DNA of 64,000 nucleotides from a virus. Under the pieces are notes generated by a model, which made no database searches, was not told the DNA's origin, and worked only from the letters and a program-made list of their open reading frames with translations. The stretch lies in IMG/VR virus record IMGVR_UViG_3300045988_175656; one strand, written 5' to 3'. Below, one piece after another: positions 42,846 through 51,611 of the stretch. How positions within the stretch are numbered: position 1 is the stretch's first letter; the number at the start of each line of letters is the position of its first letter. The position numbers and the translations under genes were made by a program.

Positions 42846-43130
42846 ATGACTACACAAGATATTAGCAATATTTTAAATTCTATTAATGCTTCAATTCCAC
42901 CTAAACCAAAATATGCGTTAATAGCATCCGAATTTATAGTTGATTTAATAGTGAAAAATAGTGATTCTGCGTTTAATTTTGAACATGACTTCTGGATATA
43001 TAAAACACCTTATCATAACATTAATATTCGTATAGAACATACACTTCAAGGTTATGCAGCTATTTTATTTAAAGATGGAAAAGTAAAGGTCACTATTGAC
43101 AAAGAAGGTAAAGGGAAAATTTTTGCATAA
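42846..43130 (+). CDS. hypothetical protein
   Basis: The start MTTQDISNIL lies after the upstream stop. The track start at 42798 overlaps. Confidence 0.5.
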   Translation: MTTQDISNILNSINASIPPKPKYALIASEFIVDLIVKNSDSAFNFEHDFWIYKTPYHNINIRIEHTLQGYAAILFKDGKVKVTIDKEGKGKIFA

Positions 43131-43186
43131 AATATAAATTAATATTATTTAACTTTTTGGTATTTGCAATTAATCACTTTAAGTTG

Positions 43187-43194
43187 TATATTTG
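43187..43194 (+). promoter_or_regulatory. Bacteroidota-type -7 promoter box
   Basis: AGTTGTATATTTGCATAA upstream of the ATG at 43225. Confidence 0.5.
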
Positions 43195-43224
43195 CATAAA
43201 ATAAGAGAATAAATTAAAGTGATT

Positions 43225-43470
43225 ATGTCAGAACAAATGAAAAATAATACAGTTGTTTTTATATTTGAAGGTAAACTGGATGATTTGTTAACAGATAATG
43301 GAAATATTAAATCAAGTAGATTGATTAAATTTGGGAATGAAACTGAATGTGGAAGTGAACAAAATTGGGATATTCAACTAACGTCTTATAATAATATTGA
43401 ACCTAAACATGAGAAGTTTGATAGTTTATTAGGGAAAAAAGTTAGAATTGTTGTTGAAACCATAGAATAA
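43225..43470 (+). CDS. hypothetical protein
   Basis: First ATG (MSEQMKNN..). The track start at 43219 is a GTG. Confidence 0.5.
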   Translation: MSEQMKNNTVVFIFEGKLDDLLTDNGNIKSSRLIKFGNETECGSEQNWDIQLTSYNNIEPKHEKFDSLLGKKVRIVVETIE

Positions 43471-43486
43471 AAATACAAAGATTGTT

Positions 43487-44197
43487 ATGAATATGGATAG
43501 AACTTGGATGAAAGAAAAAATCACAATGAGTTATGAAGATTTATTTAATTATGTGATTCAATCAAGGGTTCTTGGGGATATGTTAAACGAAAATAAACTA
43601 GCTGAAGTGGGATTCGAAATCCCACATTTAGTTTATATACAAAAAAATAATAAATCACCTTATATGGAAACTGAAAAAAAATCTAAAGAAATATTATATA
43701 CTAATGGAGATGCTACTTCTCCAAAAGGAGAAGGTAAAAAATATATAGTACACGTTTGTAATGATATTGGGGGATGGGGACGAGGATTTGTACTTGCACT
43801 ATCAAATAAATGGGATTCTCCAGAAAAGAGTTATCGTGAATGGAATCGCAATGGATTTTATGAATTTCCTGATTCAACTAAATGTAAATTTGAATTAGGA
43901 AATATTCAAGTAGTTCCTGTTGAAGAAAATTTATCAGTTATTAATATGATTGGACAACATGGTTGTTATCCAACAATAGTTGATGGGGAAAAAATACAGC
44001 CAATTCGTTATAATGCTCTAAAAGAGTGTTTAATGAAAGTGGCAAAACTTGCTAAATCAACAAATGCTAGTGTTCATATGCCTATGATTGGAGCTGGACT
44101 TGCAGGTGGTGATTGGTCTATTATTGAAGGAATAATTAATAAAACTTTGATATTCCTTGGTGTTGATACAACTGTTTATATATTTGATGAAAAATGA
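43487..44197 (+). CDS. macro-domain protein (ADP-ribose binding/hydrolase)
   Basis: GDATSP...KYIVHVCNDIGGWGRGFVLAL and MPMIGAGLAGGDWSIIEGII match the macro-domain core motifs. An N-terminal extension of about 60 aa precedes them. Confidence 0.7.
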   Translation: MNMDRTWMKEKITMSYEDLFNYVIQSRVLGDMLNENKLAEVGFEIPHLVYIQKNNKSPYMETEKKSKEILYTNGDATSPKGEGKKYIVHVCNDIGGWGRGFVLALSNKWDSPEKSYREWNRNGFYEFPDSTKCKFELGNIQVVPVEENLSVINMIGQHGCYPTIVDGEKIQPIRYNALKECLMKVAKLAKSTNASVHMPMIGAGLAGGDWSIIEGIINKTLIFLGVDTTVYIFDEK

Positions 44198-44198
44198 T

Positions 44199-44687
44199 AT
44201 GGAAAAACCTATTATTAATGAAGTATTTGCTGATAATGGTGAACATTCACATTGGGAATTAATAAACGCTGAAACAGGAGAGTTATTATGGAGCGAAGAT
44301 GTTGAGGAATCTAATATAAGATGGACTGGTAAACCTCTTACCGAAAATAAGAAAAATTCAGATATATTAAAAGATAATACTTTTAATAAGTATATCCCAA
44401 CTGATGATACAATTGAAGAAGTATTAAAGCACATACCAAGATATTTTGCCTTTGATAAAGTTTCAGGAAAACTATACAATAGTAATTCTCAGTCATATGA
44501 AGGAATTGATGGTGATACTGTTGTTTATACAACTTATATTAAAGGTGAGAAGAAAAAACTTAAAGGTACTGTTAAGGGTTATACAGAACATCAAATTGTT
44601 ATAACATATGAATATGGGACAGATATATTAACAGCCGAAAATGCTCAAAGAAAAGAAATTATTAAAAATAAAAAGTGGATTAAATGA
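44199..44687 (+). CDS. hypothetical protein
   Basis: The start MEKPIINEVF lies right after the macro-domain stop. The track start at 44157 overlaps. Confidence 0.5.
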   Translation: MEKPIINEVFADNGEHSHWELINAETGELLWSEDVEESNIRWTGKPLTENKKNSDILKDNTFNKYIPTDDTIEEVLKHIPRYFAFDKVSGKLYNSNSQSYEGIDGDTVVYTTYIKGEKKKLKGTVKGYTEHQIVITYEYGTDILTAENAQRKEIIKNKKWIK

Positions 44688-45673
44688 CAGAAGTAGAGAA
44701 TTATACAGATGATTTCTTTTATGATGGTGATGAAAGAACTATTGGAAAAAATGATTATTGTAATTTCATGATTGAAGGTAGTGATTTTTTTCCTTGTAAA
44801 AAAGTCAGTAAATCACTACCAAATGGATATTATACAATAAGAAAAGATTACACACGAGGTATTTTCTTTAGAAAAAAAGAAGTTAATTTAGATAGATTAG
44901 TCAAATTTGACTCTTATCCTATGTATCAATTAATTTTAAAAGATATTGAAACTTTTTGGAATTCTGAAGAAGAATATGTTAAAAGAGGGAGAGTTTATAA
45001 AAGAAATATGCTTCTTTATTCTCCACCAGGAATGGGTAAAACATCTTTAATTAATTTATTAGTTGAAGATTTAGTAAAAAATCGTAATGGTTTTGTATTG
45101 TCATTAACTGATGATAATGATATTTTAAATTTTAACGATGCAATGTCTTATATTAGAGCAATTATGCCAACTAAGCCAATTATTGTAATAATTGAAGATA
45201 TTGATAATTTCATTGGTGAAGGTGCGGACAATAAATTAGAAACTGAAATTCTAAATATGCTTGATGGTATTAATAAACATAGTAATATTCTTACTATTGC
45301 TACAACAAATTATCCAGAGAATTTGACTGAAAGATATTTGAAAAGACCATCAAGATTTAATCGTAAGTTTTCATTTACTTATCCTGACGAAGCATTAAGA
45401 CGTGAGTTCTTAACAAAAGTTAACTTAGCTGAAGATATTGCGAAAATAGATTTAGATAAATGGGTTAAAGAAACAGAAGGGTGGACGGTTGATTATTTAA
45501 AAGAATTAAGTGATTCTGTATTTATCAATGGTTATACTGAAGAAGAATCATTTAAAGAAATCAACGAAATGATTAAAACTAATATTGTCAAGAATGACAA
45601 GCCAAAAAATAAACAAGGTGGCGTTGGTTTAAGACCAATACCAGGCGGTATTGTAAAAACATGTAATCCATGA
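44684..45673 (+). CDS. classical AAA-family ATPase
   Basis: Walker A LLYSPPGMGKTSLI, Walker B IVIIEDIDNF, sensor-1 ATTNYPENL and second-region-of-homology RPSRFNRKFSFTYPD. Confidence 0.85.
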   Translation: MTEVENYTDDFFYDGDERTIGKNDYCNFMIEGSDFFPCKKVSKSLPNGYYTIRKDYTRGIFFRKKEVNLDRLVKFDSYPMYQLILKDIETFWNSEEEYVKRGRVYKRNMLLYSPPGMGKTSLINLLVEDLVKNRNGFVLSLTDDNDILNFNDAMSYIRAIMPTKPIIVIIEDIDNFIGEGADNKLETEILNMLDGINKHSNILTIATTNYPENLTERYLKRPSRFNRKFSFTYPDEALRREFLTKVNLAEDIAKIDLDKWVKETEGWTVDYLKELSDSVFINGYTEEESFKEINEMIKTNIVKNDKPKNKQGGVGLRPIPGGIVKTCNP

Positions 45674-47520
45674 GTGTTAAAACTTATAACTATTATAACA
45701 AAAGAGCCTATGTAGTCGGCGACATACATGGGCATTTTGACATTATAAAAAATCAAATAAAAACTTATAAAATTACAGATAGTGTAATTATATTTGCTGG
45801 TGATATTGGACTTGGATTTGAAAAAGCTGAACATTATAAACAAATATTTCCTAAGCTAAATAAAGTAATGAAAACGCAAGGAAATGTTTTATTGTTTACT
45901 AGAGGAAATCATGACTGTTTATCAAAAAATTTTACTATTCTTACAAAACGTGGATGGTTGAAATACAATGAATTATCTATGAATGATATGGTATTATCTT
46001 TTAATCCTGAAACAAAAATGTCAGAATGGCATAAAATTGATAATATTATTATCAAAGATAGTGAATTTATATATACAAGAAGAACTAATTCAATTGAATT
46101 TGAAGTAACTGAAAATCATAGGCATTTATTAACTAATGAAGATGGTGAGTATTTCTATAAAAAAACTAAAGACATTTCAAAATATAATAATAAGGATAAA
46201 ATTATACATGGAATGCCGATTTCTAACCATGAATATGAAATCAAAGATGATGAAATTAGAATTGTTGCATGGTTAATGACTGATGGTTATTATGATGATG
46301 TAAATCATAAATATTTTTGTATATCACAATCTAAAGAGCATTGCATTGAAAATATAAAAACTATTTTATCAAATTTAAAATGTAATTTTAGCCTTAATTA
46401 TAGGAAAACAAAAGATAAAACAATAATAATTAAGGGCACAACAGTTAAAAATGCTAAGAATGAAGGTGTTTTTAGATTAAAAACAGAATTTTCTAAATTT
46501 GTTAGAGATAATTTATTATCTGACAAATTTAAACTTCCTGATTGGGTTTATGAATTATCTTATAGACAATTAAAAATATTCACAGACACATTACTTGAAG
46601 CCAATGGTACTATTTTGAAACAAAAAGGAAATTACATGCTTTTTGGTACACATGAAATGCTATTTCAATTCCAACCATTGTTCTGTATGTGTGGATATAG
46701 ATGTGGACTTGTTCAAGATAATAGAGGTGATTGGAGATTAAATATATGCGAAAATAATTTATCAAATATAATAAGTAATGATAAGCCATTTAAAAAAGAA
46801 GAATATAATGATAAGGTATTTTGTATAACAACAGAATTATCCAATTTTTTTGTTTCACTTAATGGCAAATGTCATTTTACAGGTAATTGTCCTCAATATT
46901 TTGAAAACGAGTTAATAAACTATTCTAATATAAAATCAATTCCTGATTATTCAGTAATTAATTTTTATCAAGATTGGGATAATGAAATGAAAGAACCACC
47001 TAAATTTTCGATACTTTGTGTTGGGGGTGGTGTATCAATAGATAGACAATACAGATTGAATGCAGAAGCAGCTTCTATGATTGAATATAAATATTGGCAT
47101 CCAAATGCATCTAAAGAAGATATAGAAAAACATTGTAAAAAATATTATTGGAGCGATGAACTTCCAGTTTATGATGTTGATAAGTTGGATGAAATAACAA
47201 AAGAAGGGTATAATATTGCATATGTGGTAAGTCATACTGCTCCTGATTTTTGCTATCCATATACTAAAAAGGGAATTGAATCTTGGATGCGATTAGATGA
47301 AAATCTTGAAAAAGATGTTGATTTTGAAAGAAATACAATGACAAGTATTTACAATTACCTAATTAATCATAAACATATATTAATAGGATGGTATTATGGT
47401 CATTTTCATTCTCATTATGAATCATATTATGATAATGTAAAATTCACATTGCTTGATTGTGAACATCATAAGTGGGATATGGTTGAAATCGGATATAAAC
47501 CAATGGAGATTAATATATGA
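45670..47520 (+). CDS. calcineurin-like metallophosphoesterase interrupted by an intein
   Basis: The extein motifs are VVGDIHGH, FAGDIGLG, RGNHD|, GGGVSIDR, VVSHTAP and YGHFHSH. A 324-aa insertion follows GNHD. ATGA overlap with the AAA gene. Confidence 0.75.
   Translation: MSVKTYNYYNKRAYVVGDIHGHFDIIKNQIKTYKITDSVIIFAGDIGLGFEKAEHYKQIFPKLNKVMKTQGNVLLFTRGNHDCLSKNFTILTKRGWLKYNELSMNDMVLSFNPETKMSEWHKIDNIIIKDSEFIYTRRTNSIEFEVTENHRHLLTNEDGEYFYKKTKDISKYNNKDKIIHGMPISNHEYEIKDDEIRIVAWLMTDGYYDDVNHKYFCISQSKEHCIENIKTILSNLKCNFSLNYRKTKDKTIIIKGTTVKNAKNEGVFRLKTEFSKFVRDNLLSDKFKLPDWVYELSYRQLKIFTDTLLEANGTILKQKGNYMLFGTHEMLFQFQPLFCMCGYRCGLVQDNRGDWRLNICENNLSNIISNDKPFKKEEYNDKVFCITTELSNFFVSLNGKCHFTGNCPQYFENELINYSNIKSIPDYSVINFYQDWDNEMKEPPKFSILCVGGGVSIDRQYRLNAEAASMIEYKYWHPNASKEDIEKHCKKYYWSDELPVYDVDKLDEITKEGYNIAYVVSHTAPDFCYPYTKKGIESWMRLDENLEKDVDFERNTMTSIYNYLINHKHILIGWYYGHFHSHYESYYDNVKFTLLDCEHHKWDMVEIGYKPMEINI
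45916..46887 (+). mobile_element. intein with LAGLIDADG-type homing endonuclease domain
   Basis: Block A is CLSKNFTILTKRGWLKYNEL and block B is FEVTENHRHLLT. The LAGLIDADG-like motifs are IVAWLMTDGYY and FTDTLLEANGT. The C-terminal block is SNFFVSLNGKCHFTGN followed by Cys(+1). Confidence 0.85.
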
Positions 47521-47618
47521 AAATAAAATTCAAAAAAATCATTGAAGCTATATATTGCTTTTGTTTTGGTTGTGACCCTGTATCTGTTGATAAAGAAAAT
47601 ACTGTAACAACAGATTAA
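47517..47618 (+). CDS. 33-aa micro-ORF
   Basis: MKIKFKKIIEAIYCFCFGCDPVSVDKENTVTTD*. ATGA overlap with the phosphoesterase stop. Confidence 0.3.
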   Translation: MKIKFKKIIEAIYCFCFGCDPVSVDKENTVTTD

Positions 47619-47629
47619 AATTTGAATAT

Positions 47630-48022
47630 ATGGTTGCTAAGAAAAATAGTAAAGCAAAAAAGAAACTTACTAGCTCTGAAATTATGGAGCGAGTTATTGA
47701 TGTTGAGGAACTTGAAAAACGAAAACAAAGTTTAATAAAAGAAGAAGCTTTTTCAAAAGAAGAAATAGTTACCATAAAAGAAAAACGATGGTGGGAGCTT
47801 CCAATGAAAAAAACACTTTTTAAAACTGAAAAATATAAAGGTAAGTTTTATGGACAATATGAAGGATGGAGTGAAAATGTATGGATTGGACCTTATGATA
47901 CTGAAAAACAGTTGAATGATGTTATCAAGTCATATGTTGAAGAAACTAAAAAACCTGTAATGGAAAGAAACATAAAAAATGTTCACTCTATTGTTTTAAA
48001 AATAAAAGAAATAACATTATAA
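47630..48022 (+). CDS. hypothetical Lys/Glu-rich protein
   Basis: 130-aa ORF. Confidence 0.55.
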   Translation: MVAKKNSKAKKKLTSSEIMERVIDVEELEKRKQSLIKEEAFSKEEIVTIKEKRWWELPMKKTLFKTEKYKGKFYGQYEGWSENVWIGPYDTEKQLNDVIKSYVEETKKPVMERNIKNVHSIVLKIKEITL

Positions 48023-48026
48023 AATT

Positions 48027-48449
48027 ATGAGTTCAAGTATTTGGGTTAAATGCCCTAATTGTAAAGGTAGTGGAAAAATAGAAACTACTTTACAAGATTT
48101 AACAAAATGTCCTACTTGTAAAGGTAAGGGTATTATTAGTGAGGTAACAGGTTTACCGCCTGGGGAAACGGAAGATGTAACAATACAACCATTTACAATT
48201 CCAACATTTCCTATCACATCTCCAAGTGTAGTACCACAATATCCTTGGTATGTAAATCCTAATATAACATGTCAATATATAGGTAATACAGATATGGCTA
48301 AAGGTGATGATAATTGTACAATAAGTCTATTAAAGATAGACAAGGATGGCAATATAAATTATGAATTTGGTCAAGAATGTGGAAATGATTTCTTAAAAGT
48401 ATTTGAGGATATTGTTTCAAAATATGTAAATAAAGATATAAAAAAATAA
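48027..48449 (+). CDS. protein with DnaJ-type CxxCxGxG zinc-finger repeats
   Basis: CPNCKGSGK....CPTCKGKG at the N-terminus. Confidence 0.55.
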   Translation: MSSSIWVKCPNCKGSGKIETTLQDLTKCPTCKGKGIISEVTGLPPGETEDVTIQPFTIPTFPITSPSVVPQYPWYVNPNITCQYIGNTDMAKGDDNCTISLLKIDKDGNINYEFGQECGNDFLKVFEDIVSKYVNKDIKK

Positions 48450-48454
48450 TTGAA

Positions 48455-49228
48455 ATGGCAGAAACACATTTTCATACAATATTGGTAATAGGTGAAGAAC
48501 CTGAAAAAACTATTGCAAAATATAGTTCTGTAACTGAAGTTGAAAAACATTTAAAAATTAAAAGAGATGACGCTCCAAAATTATTAAATAAACACATTAA
48601 AGCAATCAAATCATTTTTAGATAGTGATAAGATTAAACTAACTTCTCGACAAAAAGATTACTTTAAAGAAGCATATCTTTCTTTAAAGGATATGGATGAA
48701 TTTGATTATTTCTTGGAAATAACTAAAGGTTGCACTTATGATGAAGAAACAGGAGATGCATATACAACTGAAAACCCAGATGCTATGTATCAAATGTATT
48801 ATATTGGAGATAAATGCCCATTTGCTGAACCATTTATTTTAAATGATGGAACGACATCTTACAGTGCTAAAGTTGAAGATATTGATTGGAGTAAAATGCA
48901 TATGAGTGTTGCTAAAATAGAATTATGCAAACGTGTATGGGCTTTAATTGTAGATGAAGATACACCAACTAATGAAAGAGAAGAAGAATTAGTTAAGAAT
49001 TGGGAAAAAAATAAAGCATATTTTAGCAATTTTATTGATTGTGATGAATATGTAAAACATACTTGTTCTTTTTGGCATTATGGGGTTACAGATGGAAAAA
49101 AATTCTCTGAAGTTGATTATACTATTTCTGACAAAGAATGGGTTGCTACATTTTATGATAAATTTGTTAAAGATTTAACACCTGAAACATTATTAACTGT
49201 GTGTGAAGTAAGAAAATTAGATGATTAA
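48455..49228 (+). CDS. hypothetical protein
   Basis: 257-aa ORF. Confidence 0.6.
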   Translation: MAETHFHTILVIGEEPEKTIAKYSSVTEVEKHLKIKRDDAPKLLNKHIKAIKSFLDSDKIKLTSRQKDYFKEAYLSLKDMDEFDYFLEITKGCTYDEETGDAYTTENPDAMYQMYYIGDKCPFAEPFILNDGTTSYSAKVEDIDWSKMHMSVAKIELCKRVWALIVDEDTPTNEREEELVKNWEKNKAYFSNFIDCDEYVKHTCSFWHYGVTDGKKFSEVDYTISDKEWVATFYDKFVKDLTPETLLTVCEVRKLDD

Positions 49229-49243
49229 TTAGTCATTTTTTGA

Positions 49244-49272
49244 TTTAGTTTGATAATAATTATCAAACTAAA
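49244..49272 (+). promoter_or_regulatory. palindromic 5'-UTR element (copy 1 of 2)
   Basis: TTTAGTTTGATAA-TAA-TTATCAAACTAAA, a 13-bp stem that ends 5 nt before the ATG at 49278. Confidence 0.6.
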
Positions 49273-49277
49273 CAAAT

Positions 49278-49763
49278 ATGGCGAGCACATTTACAATTTT
49301 ACAAACAGGGAGAAGTCTATCTTATGCTTTTCAGCTAAATATAGATACATTAAATACTGATATTATTTTAAAAGAAGCCCACATTTATGGAAACCCAGAA
49401 GATATTATATTATCAGCTACCCAAGTAAGTTCTAATTCAATACAAATTGATATTACTTCAAACAACACAGTTGTACAAAATCCAAATGAAATACCATTAA
49501 CAGTTGCAATAGATTTTGGAATAATTGATACAGGTGATTATATATCTCTTAGTCTTAATGGGGAACAAACTATTACAAGTGCATGGTCAGACCATGATTT
49601 GTTAGAATGTGTACTTCCAAGTACACCATCTAGTTTAATATCATATGATATTGAATGTGTTAAAGAAAAATCTCCTTATTTTACATCAACAGTTGATTTC
49701 ACAGATGAAAATTTCCCATATACTATCAGATTAAGTGCTGAAATATTGGGAAATTTTCAATAA
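49278..49763 (+). CDS. hypothetical protein (MASTF.. family, paralog 1)
   Basis: It shares the MASTF.I.Q.G N-terminus and a conserved upstream palindrome with 51612..51995. Confidence 0.6.
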   Translation: MASTFTILQTGRSLSYAFQLNIDTLNTDIILKEAHIYGNPEDIILSATQVSSNSIQIDITSNNTVVQNPNEIPLTVAIDFGIIDTGDYISLSLNGEQTITSAWSDHDLLECVLPSTPSSLISYDIECVKEKSPYFTSTVDFTDENFPYTIRLSAEILGNFQ

Positions 49764-49785
49764 ACGAAATTCTTTATATAATTTT

Positions 49786-49828
49786 AACGAGAATCTTTTT
49801 AGGTTCTCGTTTTTTATTCGTATATTTG
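49786..49828 (+). promoter_or_regulatory. terminator hairpin fused to promoter (cassette copy 5 of 6)
   Basis: AACGAGAATCT-tttt-AGGTTCTCGTT, then TTTT, then ATTCGTATATTTGCA. Confidence 0.7.
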
Positions 49829-49848
49829 CAATATTAATTAATATAATC

Positions 49849-50211
49849 ATGAAAAATACATATAAATATTCTTGTAAAGTTGAAGTAAATGATGAAGATA
49901 CATTAAAAGAATTGTATGAATATTTACGACATCATAAATATGTTGTTGATAGTCCATATCAATCAGTTGGAAAATATTTAGCAAATATTTTAGTTACAGT
50001 TAATGATAAAAGATGGCTTTCATATTATCTTTATTATGAAAGATATGAAGGGTATGCTGTTTTAATAAGAAGTGATATTGAAAACTATCATACAAATACT
50101 ATTAATTGTGGTACTGATGTTGATTTATTTAAAAAATTAGTTATCATTAAATATGACGAAGATGATTTTGATTTAGGACTTTATAATGTATATAAAGCAT
50201 ATGAAAAATAA
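49849..50211 (+). CDS. hypothetical protein
   Basis: The start is moved to MKNTYKYS because the track start at 49735 reads through the terminator and promoter. Confidence 0.55.
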   Translation: MKNTYKYSCKVEVNDEDTLKELYEYLRHHKYVVDSPYQSVGKYLANILVTVNDKRWLSYYLYYERYEGYAVLIRSDIENYHTNTINCGTDVDLFKKLVIIKYDEDDFDLGLYNVYKAYEK

Positions 50212-50620
50212 GTTATTAACAAGACAAGATTTTAAAGAAGAAGTTTTTAAAAGGGATAAACATAAATGTGTTGTTCCTGGATGTGAACAAAAAGCTGTTG
50301 ATGCACATCATATAATGGAAAGGAAATTGTTTTCTGATGGTGGTTATTATTTGAATAATGGAGCATCATTATGTGCTGAACATCATTTGGATGCTGAAAC
50401 AGGTAAAATAACAGTAAAGGAAATATTAGATTATGTTAAGATAGATATAGATGAAATTCCAATTCCTGATAATATAACAATTGTTGATTATGTAGGATTG
50501 ATAAAAACTGATTCACTTGATAAGTGGGGAGAAAGGAAGAAAGAAATTGATTCAATTAATGAATGGTGGAAACAATATGAAAATAAGAAAGTTAAAAAAG
50601 AAACTAAAGAAGAACAATGA
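50201..50620 (+). CDS. HNH endonuclease-domain protein
   Basis: KCVVPGCEQKAVDAHHIMERK...NGASLCAEHH. Confidence 0.6.
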   Translation: MKNKLLTRQDFKEEVFKRDKHKCVVPGCEQKAVDAHHIMERKLFSDGGYYLNNGASLCAEHHLDAETGKITVKEILDYVKIDIDEIPIPDNITIVDYVGLIKTDSLDKWGERKKEIDSINEWWKQYENKKVKKETKEEQ

Positions 50621-50633
50621 TTTTGTTAAAATC

Positions 50634-50744
50634 ATGTGGCTTAAACATGTTAAAGAATGGTGTAAATTAAGTCATAAACTTTATAATATCTATCCAACAA
50701 TTACTAAACATTATATAAAATTTTGCAATAATAAAATAAAATGA
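50634..50744 (+). CDS. micro-ORF (start uncertain)
   Basis: MWLKHVKEWCKLSHKLYNIYPTITKHYIKFCNNKIK*. The earlier ATGs at 50517 and 50577 would overlap the HNH gene. Confidence 0.3.
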   Translation: MWLKHVKEWCKLSHKLYNIYPTITKHYIKFCNNKIK

Positions 50745-50944
50745 AAAATATTATAAAAATAAAAATAGCTTTATGGATTATTTTATGTCCTCTTATTCTT
50801 ATGTGGTTGTGGAACTTTGTAATGCCTAAATTTGGCATTATTGAAATTAACTATATTGAAGCATTTGCATTAAGAATTATTACAAGTATTTTATTTAAAA
50901 CTAATCAATCTCTTTTAAATGATTTTAATGAGATAGGAAAATAA
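50741..50944 (+). CDS. small membrane protein
   Basis: ATGA overlap with the upstream ORF; two hydrophobic helices. Confidence 0.45.
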   Translation: MKNIIKIKIALWIILCPLILMWLWNFVMPKFGIIEINYIEAFALRIITSILFKTNQSLLNDFNEIGK

Positions 50945-50957
50945 ATGAGAAATAGAA

Positions 50958-51560
50958 ATGAAAAAAATAGGCTTATTTTTTGGAACATTTAATCCAATCC
51001 ATAATGGTCACTTAATGATGGCTAATTATATTGTTAATAATACCGATATTTCAACAGTATTATTTGTTGTTAATCCAACTGCGCCATTTAAAAAGAAAGA
51101 TAACCTTCTTAGTTTTGAAGATAGAGTGGATATGGTTGATTTAGCAATTGCTAATGTTAAACATATTAGGTCTACTAAGATGGAAAATGATTTGCCATTA
51201 CCAGCATATACATATAATACTTTTAGACATTGTGTTAAAACATATGGAGAAAACTTTGAATTTGTATTAATTCTTGGATGTGATAATTTAGATAAATTAT
51301 CACGATGGAAAAACGCTGCTGAAATTATTGAAAATCATGAAATATATGTTTGCCCAAGAAACGGAATTGATTATAATAAAGAAATTGCCAAGATTAAGAG
51401 TAATTTCAAAGTTAAAGCAATTTATGTTGTTACAGATGTTCCAGAGTGTAATCTAAGTTCTACATTTATTAGAAAACAAATAAAAGAAGGTAAAAATATA
51501 GAATTTTATGTACCAACTGATGTAAGAAAATATATAGAAAATAAAAAATTTTATTTGTGA
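50958..51560 (+). CDS. nadD: nicotinate/nicotinamide mononucleotide adenylyltransferase
   Basis: GLFFGTFNPIHNGHLMMA (the GxFxPxHxGH motif) and NLSSTFIRKQIKEG (the ISST.IR motif). Confidence 0.85.
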   Translation: MKKIGLFFGTFNPIHNGHLMMANYIVNNTDISTVLFVVNPTAPFKKKDNLLSFEDRVDMVDLAIANVKHIRSTKMENDLPLPAYTYNTFRHCVKTYGENFEFVLILGCDNLDKLSRWKNAAEIIENHEIYVCPRNGIDYNKEIAKIKSNFKVKAIYVVTDVPECNLSSTFIRKQIKEGKNIEFYVPTDVRKYIENKKFYL

Positions 51561-51576
51561 TTTGTTATTTTTTTCA

Positions 51577-51605
51577 TTTAGTTTACTAATAATTAGTAAA
51601 CTAAA
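51577..51605 (+). promoter_or_regulatory. palindromic 5'-UTR element (copy 2 of 2)
   Basis: TTTAGTTTACTAA-TAA-TTAGTAAACTAAA. It differs from copy 1 at two stem positions, each with a compensating change on the other arm. Confidence 0.6.
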
Positions 51606-51611
51606 CAAACA

